A DNA stretch of 64,000 nt from a virus (Duplodnaviria; Heunggongvirae; Uroviricota; Caudoviricetes), in the IMG/VR virus record IMGVR_UViG_3300022697_000186, positions 109,091 through 173,090 of that record; one strand, 5' to 3'. Shown here one piece after another: positions 1 through 7,792 of this stretch (positions are counted from its first letter, which is position 1; each line of letters starts with the position of its first letter). Position numbers and translations under genes: made by a program. The notes beneath the pieces are model-generated. The model saw only the letters and a list, made by a program, of their open reading frames with translations. It was not told the origin of the DNA and did no database searches.

Positions 1-2
1 AA

Positions 3-851
3 GGAACATCTAAAGCAGAACAAGAAGTATTAGAATTTGTAAAACAATACTATCCAAATGTAGAAAATCCAAATAGAACTATTTTAGATGGTAAACATAT
101 TGATATCTACATACCAGAGTTGAAACTAGGAATCGAATATAATGGACTTTACTGGCATTCAGAACTAGGTGGTAAAACTAATCCAAAGTATCATCAGAAT
201 AAAACTTTACTAGCTAAAGAAAAAGGTGTTCATTTAATTCAGATATTTGAAGATGAGTGGATTGAGAAACAGAATATAGTTAAAAGTATATTACTAAATA
301 AAATGGGTAAATCACCTAATAAGATATTCGCTAGAAAGTGTAAAATTAAAGAAGTTGATAACAAGATTGCTAAACAGTTTTTATTTGATAATCATTTGCA
401 AGGTGAAATCAATGGAACTCATTTGGGTCTTTATTTTGAATCTGAATTAGTTTCTATGATTTCTATGGGAAAATCTAGATTTAATAAATCATTTGATTAT
501 GAAATTTTAAGATTTTGTAACAAGTTAAACACATCAGTTACTGGTGGATTATCTAAGGTACTAAGTTACTTTAAAAAGTTAAATCATGATAGTTCTATTA
601 TTACTTATGCTGATGCAAGATATGGTGAAGGTAAGGGATATGAGAAATGTGGGTTTGAATATAAGAAATTAACTAGTCCAGGTTATTATTATCTTAAAAA
701 TAATATTAGGGAATCAAGAATGAAATATCAAAAATACAAATTAAAAGATTTATTAGAAGTGTTTGATCCAAATCTTACTGAATGGCAGAATATGCAATTA
801 AACGGTTTCGATAGGATTTGGGATTGTGGTAATTATAAATATGAATTATAA
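3..851 (+). CDS. Free-standing nuclease, copy 1 (Hef-like homing endonuclease family), 5'-truncated by the window edge
   Basis: The frame is open from nt 3 (GTSKAEQEVLEFVKQYYP...). It has the IDIYIPELKLGIEYNGLYWHS PD-(D/E)xK-type motif followed by the ARKC...ITYADARYGEGKGY domain, and is paralogous to 7793-9670, 59900-61675 and 62387-64000. Confidence 0.8.
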   Translation, partial: GTSKAEQEVLEFVKQYYPNVENPNRTILDGKHIDIYIPELKLGIEYNGLYWHSELGGKTNPKYHQNKTLLAKEKGVHLIQIFEDEWIEKQNIVKSILLNKMGKSPNKIFARKCKIKEVDNKIAKQFLFDNHLQGEINGTHLGLYFESELVSMISMGKSRFNKSFDYEILRFCNKLNTSVTGGLSKVLSYFKKLNHDSSIITYADARYGEGKGYEKCGFEYKKLTSPGYYYLKNNIRESRMKYQKYKLKDLLEVFDPNLTEWQNMQLNGFDRIWDCGNYKYEL

Positions 852-875
852 AGAGTTAAAATAAGGAGAATTAAT

Positions 876-2555
876 ATGGCTCAAAATGTGTCACCAGGTG
901 TATTTACTAAAATTATAGATCTTTCCGAATACGTTAGATCTATTCCAAGTACAATAGGCTTCATCCCCATTATATCAGAACAAGGACCTGATAATCAGTT
1001 AGTATTCACCAATTCAGAAGATTTTTATACTGATTTCGGTGAACCTAATATTAACTATGTAGGTAAATTGTATGGTCAAGGACCATATGTAGCGAGTTCT
1101 TTTCTTAAGGAAAGTGATTCATTATATGTTATTAGATGTATGCCTGATGATGCAGCGTTTTCTAACATGTACATTACAGCGGAAGATACAGCATCACTTG
1201 GTGTTGATGGAACTTCTAATATCACAGCTTCTACCACATCTAGTGTTAATACTATTCCTGAAATAGATACTACATTATCAGCAGTCGATTCAGCTGTAAT
1301 GTTTTATGGTATTGGACGAGGTGAATGGTATAATAATTTTCAAATTAACATATCAGCTCATGCCAATGTTAATAGAGTTGGTGTTTATGTTTTAGATATC
1401 TATAAAAGACAAAGTGAAGATAATCCAGAAACAGGTGCACCTCAGTATGAAATTATATCTTCATTTGAAGTATCTTTTGATTATACTAAACTTGATACTT
1501 CTGGTGAATCAATGTATATTGTTGATGTATTAGATAATTATTCTAAATACATTAAATGTAAAGCTAACCAAGATAATTTAACTACTGCTATTGCAAATGG
1601 TGCTGATTTTTCTGAACCATTTAGTAATGGAGCTATTAATTTACAAAATGGTTCTAGTGGTGCATTATTCAATGTCAATGGTTTAATTGATTCTGTAACA
1701 GCAGATCAAATCTTATCCCAAGCATATAATGGTACTCTTAGTAAAACAACTGATTCCTCATTATTTGTTGATGAAGTATTAGATACTGAGAACTATTATT
1801 TTACAATAGTTATGGATGGTGGTTATCCTACAAATGTTAAGTCCAGTGGACTTTATACATTAGTAACTACACGTAAAGATTGTGTTGGAATTATAGATAA
1901 TGGAGATAATACTTCACCTGATACAGCAATGACTGCTAGAACTAGTACTCATACTTATAATACTAAATACTTAGCATTATATGAATGCTACTCAAAGGTT
2001 TATGATTCTTTTACAGGTAAAGATATTTGGATAACTCCTGTGTATCATATGGCTAACATACTTCCGTTTACTGATAACGTTGCAGAATTATGGTATGCTG
2101 CAGCAGGTTTCAATAGAGCAACTATAGCTACAATTAAGGAACTTAGATTTAGTCCTTTAATTGGTGATAGAGATAGATTTTATTTAAATCAGATTAATCC
2201 AATTGTCAAATTTAATGTTGGATATACTGTTTGGGGTCAGCTGACTACTCAGAAAAGACCAAGTGCATTACAAGATTTAAATATTTCAAGATTAGTTCTT
2301 TATATTAAAAGAGCATTAGAAGAGTTTAGTAAGTTCTATGTCTTTGAACAAAACGATCAATTTACTTGGAGTAGAATACAATCTGAAGTTAATAAATTCT
2401 TAAAAGTTATTCAAAACAAAAGAGGTTTATATGATTATTCTGTAAAAGTTTATGCTGATGATTATATGAAGAAAGCTAAACAAATTGCAGTAGATGTTAC
2501 ACTAAATCCTACGAGAGTTGTGGAACAGATAAACCTTAACTTTTTTATCAAATAA
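876..2555 (+). CDS. Contractile tail sheath protein (T4 gp18-like)
   Basis: N-terminal SPGVF...DLS; C-terminal WYAAAGFNRA, INPIV, VWGQLT, SALQDLNISRL, FEQND motifs; RBS AAGGAG. Confidence 0.93.
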   Translation: MAQNVSPGVFTKIIDLSEYVRSIPSTIGFIPIISEQGPDNQLVFTNSEDFYTDFGEPNINYVGKLYGQGPYVASSFLKESDSLYVIRCMPDDAAFSNMYITAEDTASLGVDGTSNITASTTSSVNTIPEIDTTLSAVDSAVMFYGIGRGEWYNNFQINISAHANVNRVGVYVLDIYKRQSEDNPETGAPQYEIISSFEVSFDYTKLDTSGESMYIVDVLDNYSKYIKCKANQDNLTTAIANGADFSEPFSNGAINLQNGSSGALFNVNGLIDSVTADQILSQAYNGTLSKTTDSSLFVDEVLDTENYYFTIVMDGGYPTNVKSSGLYTLVTTRKDCVGIIDNGDNTSPDTAMTARTSTHTYNTKYLALYECYSKVYDSFTGKDIWITPVYHMANILPFTDNVAELWYAAAGFNRATIATIKELRFSPLIGDRDRFYLNQINPIVKFNVGYTVWGQLTTQKRPSALQDLNISRLVLYIKRALEEFSKFYVFEQNDQFTWSRIQSEVNKFLKVIQNKRGLYDYSVKVYADDYMKKAKQIAVDVTLNPTRVVEQINLNFFIK

Positions 2556-2596
2556 TTTGGTCACCTATTAAAACCAAGCCCCTCACGGGTGACCTG

Positions 2597-2630
2597 GGGA
2601 CTGAGTCTTATATGGCTCAGTCCCTTTTTT
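2597..2630 (+). terminator. Rho-independent terminator after the sheath gene
   Basis: GGGACTGAG (2597-2605) pairs with CTCAGTCCC (2616-2624), followed by T6. Confidence 0.85.
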
Positions 2631-2634
2631 ACGT

Positions 2635-2898
2635 CTAAAATATTTGAAGTAATGTTGGTTTAAATTCAGAAGTAGTTAAACTAAACATCATTATTCTAGG
2701 CGTTAATTCCATAATAATAAAGTCTCTGTTTAATATAATTATATGTCCTTTTTTAGTTTTTAATTGTAATTGATTATTTTTATTATTCCATAAGATTTCT
2801 TCATACTTATAAATAGTATTATTTGATGTATTATAACCTTTTTTATTTTTTATTTTATGAATATATAAGGAAGATCTTTTACAAGAAATTTTCATCAA
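2635..2898 (-). CDS. Hypothetical protein (87 aa)
   Basis: ORF in a run of four coupled - strand ORFs; weak similarity to 3699-4007. Confidence 0.55.
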   Translation of the reverse strand: MMKISCKRSSLYIHKIKNKKGYNTSNNTIYKYEEILWNNKNNQLQLKTKKGHIIILNRDFIIMELTPRIMMFSLTTSEFKPTLLQIF

Positions 2899-3334
2899 AC
2901 ACTTTCTTTATATAATTTGGTTCTAATATTTTATATTCTGCCACCATTGATACAGTGTATATAGCACCTGCAAATAACCATCCAATATTTATTAATAATG
3001 TAACTAAAATAACATCACCTATAATTAATAACATTGATAAAAACTTATATTTATTACGTATAATTGATGCTTCTAATAACGTTTGTATTATATCTTTACC
3101 AAAATTTTTATATTTTTTAAGTTCTTCAGGTAAATCTTTAGTACCAGTAATTAAAATTCTAATTTTTATTACAATAGCACAAATAAACCAAGTAAATGAT
3201 GTGAACATTATAAATAACCATGTGAAAATATAAAGTATATCTATTTTATGAGGATATCCTACACAAAATATCATTGTAATTAATATTAATAAACTACAAA
3301 TTATTTTACTAACATTTTTTGTTTCTTTATTCAT
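2879..3334 (-). CDS. Hypothetical membrane protein
   Basis: Four hydrophobic segments; RBS AAGGA. Confidence 0.65.
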   Translation of the reverse strand: MNKETKNVSKIICSLLILITMIFCVGYPHKIDILYIFTWLFIMFTSFTWFICAIVIKIRILITGTKDLPEELKKYKNFGKDIIQTLLEASIIRNKYKFLSMLLIIGDVILVTLLINIGWLFAGAIYTVSMVAEYKILEPNYIKKVFDENFL

Positions 3335-3345
3335 TTTAATATCCT

Positions 3346-3702
3346 TTATTTAAATGTATCTAAATAATTTAGATTCTTTTTATCTAATCTTTTATAAAAT
3401 CCTTTTAGATCATATAAGTATGATTTCTTTTTAGGGCGTTTTCTTTTATGATAATGATACGAATTTATTTGGTAATTATTACCTATAATTATAAACGCTG
3501 AATCACCATTATATTTCTTAGGTATATTACTGCATTTCAATTTCATATTATTATTAATAAGTATTAATTCAGAAAACATGTATTCAACTTTATTTCTACG
3601 TAATCCATGTTCCAACCAATTATCTAACATCCATCCACCACTATAACTTGGTGATTTATTTAAATTCACTTTAATTTTGTTTGTTATTACTATTAATCTC
3701 AT
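3346..3702 (-). CDS. Hypothetical protein (118 aa)
   Basis: ORF overlapping the upstream stop codon; RBS GGAG. Confidence 0.6.
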   Translation of the reverse strand: MRLIVITNKIKVNLNKSPSYSGGWMLDNWLEHGLRRNKVEYMFSELILINNNMKLKCSNIPKKYNGDSAFIIIGNNYQINSYHYHKRKRPKKKSYLYDLKGFYKRLDKKNLNYLDTFK

Positions 3703-4007
3703 TGAAATATCTCCATTAATTTAACTCCAGATAATGTCTTAGTAAATGATACATATTTAAACAACTCGGAATAATTTTTTTTACCTAATCTGATATAAAA
3801 TTTTATACTATTCATATCATACTTATAAAAGCTAGTCCTACTGATAATATTAAAATCATAATTCCTATTTGGTACTACAATTTGTATATCATTTTTATTA
3901 TATAAAATCTCTTTGATTCTATATTTTATTGGTGGTTTTACAGAAGAAAAAGTATCTCTACCTTTACATATCATATATAACCCTATATCTTGACAAAATA
4001 ATTTCAT
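3699..4007 (-). CDS. Hypothetical protein (102 aa)
   Basis: RBS AGGAG upstream of ATG. Confidence 0.65.
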   Translation of the reverse strand: MKLFCQDIGLYMICKGRDTFSSVKPPIKYRIKEILYNKNDIQIVVPNRNYDFNIISRTSFYKYDMNSIKFYIRLGKKNYSELFKYVSFTKTLSGVKLMEIFQ

Positions 4008-4070
4008 ATACTACTCCTATATGGAATTTCATATACATATAGGATAGAACCTACTTTAGATATGTATGTT

Positions 4071-4084
4071 GGACAAACTATAAA
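4071..4084 (+). promoter_or_regulatory. Candidate late-promoter motif GGACAAACTATAAA
   Basis: Lies upstream of the tail tube gene; the same 14-mer recurs at 4929, 6677, 21534 and 24172, always co-oriented with structural genes. Confidence 0.75.
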
Positions 4085-4125
4085 CAAATTAAGATATTTA
4101 CTAAGATAATTTCAAGGAGGATTAC

Positions 4126-4851
4126 ATGGCCAATAACGCATTCGCTCCAGTTGCGAGCGGAAAAAATAGATTTAGTAGAAGATGGGGTGGTAGTACAACT
4201 GATGCTGTTGATCCATATGTTTCAGGTTATTTCTTTTGTCACTTCGCACAGTTACCTTCTAAATTAAAGGAAAGTGTTGATAAAGGTTCTATTATATCTG
4301 GATTAGCAGATTCAACAGAAATTGCTCAAACATTGAGATCGTCTGCCCTTTCAGTTACAATACCAGGTGCCACAATGAACAAAGCAGAATTTGTAGGATT
4401 AGGTGGAACTAAATGGAGTGTACCAACTAATGTAGAATGGGATAATACTGTTACAGTTAAATTTTTAGAATTTTCAACACTACCTATACTTAGTATTATA
4501 CATGGTTGGGTAAGAATGATAAGAGATTATAGATCAGGTGTTACACAATTAACTGGTAGTGATTATACTAAAAGTAATTACTCCGGTAATATGTATTATT
4601 GGACAACTAAACCAGATGGTAAGACTGTTGAATATGCTTCTCTATTAACTGGTATGTTTCCTATGAAAGATCCTACAGATCAATATGGTGGAGATTTAAC
4701 TACTGTTGATAAATTAGAATTAGATATAGACTTCAATGTAGATTATATATGGCATGAACCATGGGTTTATGATAGATGTCAAACATTTGCAGATGATGTA
4801 TATGGTGATCAACCTAATATTGATAAGTATGGAAAAGACGAATCACTATAA
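4126..4851 (+). CDS. Tail tube protein
   Basis: Downstream of the sheath, with strong RBS AAGGAGG. It has a tube-like pattern (SVTIPG...EWDNTVTVKFLE...YYWTTKPDG...FP...LDIDFNVD) and is followed by a terminator. Confidence 0.8.
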   Translation: MANNAFAPVASGKNRFSRRWGGSTTDAVDPYVSGYFFCHFAQLPSKLKESVDKGSIISGLADSTEIAQTLRSSALSVTIPGATMNKAEFVGLGGTKWSVPTNVEWDNTVTVKFLEFSTLPILSIIHGWVRMIRDYRSGVTQLTGSDYTKSNYSGNMYYWTTKPDGKTVEYASLLTGMFPMKDPTDQYGGDLTTVDKLELDIDFNVDYIWHEPWVYDRCQTFADDVYGDQPNIDKYGKDESL

Positions 4852-4872
4852 TTTAAAAATTAAACTTAGATG

Positions 4873-4904
4873 AATAACCCGGACATTATATCCGGGTTAT
4901 TTTT
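4873..4904 (+). terminator. Rho-independent terminator after the tail tube gene
   Basis: AATAACCCGGA (4873-4883) pairs with TCCGGGTTATT (4891-4901), followed by further Ts. Confidence 0.85.
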
Positions 4905-4928
4905 CACGTATACTAAATTTTTTAAAAA

Positions 4929-4942
4929 GGACAAACTTTAAA
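4929..4942 (+). promoter_or_regulatory. Candidate late-promoter motif (GGACAAACTTTAAA, 1 mismatch)
   Basis: Lies just after the tube terminator and upstream of 4987. Confidence 0.7.
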
Positions 4943-4986
4943 CAAAATTTTAATTTTTGGGGCAAAATCAAACTTAGGAGATAAAT

Positions 4987-6018
4987 ATGTCATATTCCGG
5001 ATTTAAAGGATTTACAATAGAATACCCAGTATTTACTGTTGTATGTCCACAAACAGGATACACCTTCGATGTAAGGTCTTTAAATGTATCAGAAGTTAGT
5101 AAGTTAAAAACTTCTCTAACTACACCAAATAAAGCACCTGCTTTACTTAATAAGGTATTATGGGAATCATTAAAATCTAAACCAGATCATATTTCAAACT
5201 TTAAAGAGTTTAAACAATCTGTTACATTAAAAGATCGAGAAGCTATAATGTATGGTTTATATCAAGCTACATTCGGAGAAGATAGAGATTTTGCTGTAGT
5301 ATGTGGGTCATGTGAAAAAGAACAGAATGTTAAAATAAATATGGCTAAAGTATTTTCAATGAATGCTTATCCTGGTAGTGAATCAATGAAAGAATCCTAT
5401 AAAGTAGCTAAATCTACTGGCGACGCAGATTACGATGTAGAAATAGAAAGAGAAATAGAGGAAGAAAAACTTAAAAAAGAAATACCAATATTACCAAAAA
5501 TACCAAAAACTGATTTTGATGATAACGGAGATGATGGTATAATTGAAGGTGATATCCCTAAAAAAGTTGATTTTGTGGAAGAACAAGTTGAAGAACAAGT
5601 TAAAGTAAATGCAACAACTAATATTTCAAGTCCTATTCTTTCAAAAATAATTGATTTAGAATTACCTATATCAAAGGTAACAGCTTATATAAAACAACCT
5701 ACTGTAATGGATGAAGAAACTCAATTAAATAAATTATCATTTGCTCAAAAGAATCAGAGTGATTTAGTTAATGAAACTCTGATTATTGATAAATTTGTTC
5801 AAGGTAATAATATAGTTGTTGATAAAGAAGATATACTTTTTGGATATCAATCCCTTCCTATACAAGATAGACTTAAAATATTTGAAACATTTGATAAAGA
5901 ATTTGGACAATATTGTATTAACCTAGAGGCAGACTATCCTTGCAAAGAATGTGGAGAGAGTAATAAGATTTCTATAGATCTTATTACTCAATTTTTTCGA
6001 ATGGTCGCGAGATACTAA
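4987..6018 (+). CDS. Baseplate hub / tail assembly chaperone-like protein (T4 gp26/gp51-like)
   Basis: Follows the tube gene; two CxxC pairs (CGSC, CKEC), DREAIMYGLY, an acidic insertion, and a C-terminus of QFFRMVARY. Confidence 0.65.
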   Translation: MSYSGFKGFTIEYPVFTVVCPQTGYTFDVRSLNVSEVSKLKTSLTTPNKAPALLNKVLWESLKSKPDHISNFKEFKQSVTLKDREAIMYGLYQATFGEDRDFAVVCGSCEKEQNVKINMAKVFSMNAYPGSESMKESYKVAKSTGDADYDVEIEREIEEEKLKKEIPILPKIPKTDFDDNGDDGIIEGDIPKKVDFVEEQVEEQVKVNATTNISSPILSKIIDLELPISKVTAYIKQPTVMDEETQLNKLSFAQKNQSDLVNETLIIDKFVQGNNIVVDKEDILFGYQSLPIQDRLKIFETFDKEFGQYCINLEADYPCKECGESNKISIDLITQFFRMVARY

Positions 6019-6238
6019 TATAATAGATAAGTTCAGATCTACACTAGATGAAAATATAAGGACATTAATGGAATTAATGAGAGAACCATATACTTCAATT
6101 ATGTTAATGCCTTATACATTTTTTATAGATACTTTAACATGGAAAATAGATTTAGAGGATGAAAAGAGAAAGAAAATGGAAGAAAAAACAAAAGGTTCAA
6201 GGACAACTAGTTATAAAATGAATAACCCTATACGTTAA
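5978..6238 (+). CDS. Overlapping +1-frame ORF (ATG at 6068 gives 56 aa); possible frameshift extension of 4987-6018; missing from the ORF track
   Basis: The frame is open from after TAG 5975-5977 to TAA 6236-6238 and reads ...FFEWSRDTNIIDKFRSTLDENIRTLMELMREPYTSIMLMPYTFFIDTLTWKIDLEDEKRKK... Confidence 0.65.
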   Translation: MLLLNFFEWSRDTNIIDKFRSTLDENIRTLMELMREPYTSIMLMPYTFFIDTLTWKIDLEDEKRKKMEEKTKGSRTTSYKMNNPIR

Positions 6239-6599
6239 TTTTATGTTCTTCTTTAAATTGCTTAAAACTTGTAAATCTAATTTGCTGTTTTATGTATGAT
6301 TCTAATTGACTTCTTGTAAGTTTATTATCTAAATCTGTTACTATTTTACACAAAATAGTACCTTGAGCACTTGATCTCATTTTCATCATTGGTAATATAG
6401 AAAATTTATTGGTTGCTTTAGCTATTGATTCTCTAGTTTCTTTTTCTAATAATTCTGGTATGTTATCTAGTATTTTAAATGAAGCTTCAGCCTCTGTATA
6501 TTCTTCTGAAGTATAATGAAGTAACCCATCAAGATATACTTCTCCTGGATTACTACCATAAGCATCTTCTATTCCAACACCAAATAAATAATGATTCAT
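6228..6599 (-). CDS. Hypothetical protein, paralog of 26860-27267
   Basis: Start moved to ATG 6599 (RBS AGGAG); shares a C-terminal pattern with 26860-27267. Confidence 0.7.
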   Translation of the reverse strand: MNHYLFGVGIEDAYGSNPGEVYLDGLLHYTSEEYTEAEASFKILDNIPELLEKETRESIAKATNKFSILPMMKMRSSAQGTILCKIVTDLDNKLTRSQLESYIKQQIRFTSFKQFKEEHKINV

Positions 6600-6639
6600 A
6601 ATATCTCCTAAAAATTTTAAAATATAACACGTTATCAAT

Positions 6640-6654
6640 ATTTAATATATATAA
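6640..6654 (-). promoter_or_regulatory. Candidate early/middle promoter motif TTATATATATTAAAT
   Basis: An identical 15-mer lies at 24978-24992, with near matches at 48039-48051 and 53987-54001; all are intergenic and upstream of - strand non-structural genes. Confidence 0.5.
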
Positions 6655-6676
6655 TCTATAATTTAAGATCTATAAA

Positions 6677-6690
6677 GGACAAACTATAAA
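6677..6690 (+). promoter_or_regulatory. Candidate late-promoter motif GGACAAACTATAAA
   Basis: Immediately upstream of the baseplate operon. Confidence 0.75.
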
Positions 6691-6702
6691 GGAGTGATAT
6701 GT

Positions 6703-7128
6703 ATGAGTAATATTGAAAAATTTCTTGTAAAAATACCTGGTTCAATTTCTACTCCTAATGATGTTGATGCATCAATTACGGAGGCTGGTGATCTATTAGA
6801 ATTAACTGGTGTTGATGTAATAGTTAGAAGTTTGACCAGATTATTTTTACTACCATCTAATACATATATATTTGACCCACCTCTAGGTACTGGTCTTTAT
6901 AAATATGTTTTTGAACCAGTTGATACAATAACTAAAGCATCAATAGAGCAAGAAATTCAATTTAATATTGCAAGATATGAAACTAGGGCTGAGATTAAGT
7001 TTAAAGTATTATTCTTTAAAAATAAAAAAGGGTTTAGAATTAATTTAAATGTAGGATATGAAGGAAAAAATAAAACTGTGAATGTTGATATTGATGAATC
7101 ATTAATTAGAACACTTGGTGCTACTTAA
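6703..7128 (+). CDS. Baseplate wedge protein, gp25-like
   Basis: IVRSL..LF......YIFDPPLGTGL..YVFEP...I..EI...I.RYE pattern. The start is set to ATG 6703 from RBS spacing; the ORF track starts at GTG 6694. Confidence 0.8.
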   Translation: MSNIEKFLVKIPGSISTPNDVDASITEAGDLLELTGVDVIVRSLTRLFLLPSNTYIFDPPLGTGLYKYVFEPVDTITKASIEQEIQFNIARYETRAEIKFKVLFFKNKKGFRINLNVGYEGKNKTVNVDIDESLIRTLGAT

Positions 7129-7791
7129 ATGGAAAATTATATAAGAAAATATAACTACATCAAAGATTATTATGAAACAGTATATGATCTTTATGCGGAA
7201 AATTATCCTGGTTATCCTGTCACATATTATGCATTAGATAATGAAAATTCTGTAATGGATAGAGAAAATTTAATGGCTGGTGCATATGAAAGACAAGGTG
7301 TTGGAAAACTATCTGGATTTTTATGGCGCAAAATATCTATGTTACCTGTATTTGGAATAGAACAAATACAACCAACTCAAGATTCAGGTGAAAAAGGATT
7401 AACATATCAACAATCAGAAAATACACAAATATCATTTCCATCTAAATATAATTTTAGACCATCAGAAAATGATATAATACATTTCTCGCAAGAATTTTTA
7501 AAGAAAGCAGCATTAGATATAAAACCTTTATTTGTAGTATCAAATGTAAATCTCGCTACATATGGTGAAATAACAATGTATCAATGTGTATTAAAACCAG
7601 CACCGTTTTCAAGAGATGAACTTGAAAAACAAATAAGCTCTTATTGGATGTTTATGAATCTTGATAAAAAAATACATAGAGCAGATAATGCTCAATTAAT
7701 GTTAAGACTACAAAATAAATCTGAACAACTATCAGATAGACTTAGAACACTATTCCATGATCCTACTGGTACATATTTGGAACAGGTTTAA
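7129..7791 (+). CDS. Virion structural protein (possibly neck/head-tail connector-like)
   Basis: Coupled to the gp25-like gene; assignment rests on context only. Confidence 0.45.
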   Translation: MENYIRKYNYIKDYYETVYDLYAENYPGYPVTYYALDNENSVMDRENLMAGAYERQGVGKLSGFLWRKISMLPVFGIEQIQPTQDSGEKGLTYQQSENTQISFPSKYNFRPSENDIIHFSQEFLKKAALDIKPLFVVSNVNLATYGEITMYQCVLKPAPFSRDELEKQISSYWMFMNLDKKIHRADNAQLMLRLQNKSEQLSDRLRTLFHDPTGTYLEQV

Positions 7792-7792
7792 A

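Noticed and set aside
2955-3233. + strand ORF (also 8053-8310, 20499-20720, 28862-29047, 31442-31633, 33865-34179, 41735-41920, 49016-49246, 55635-55817, 56995-57180, 59603-59791, 61640-61831)
   Set aside because: Each lies antisense to a better-supported gene and lacks independent evidence.
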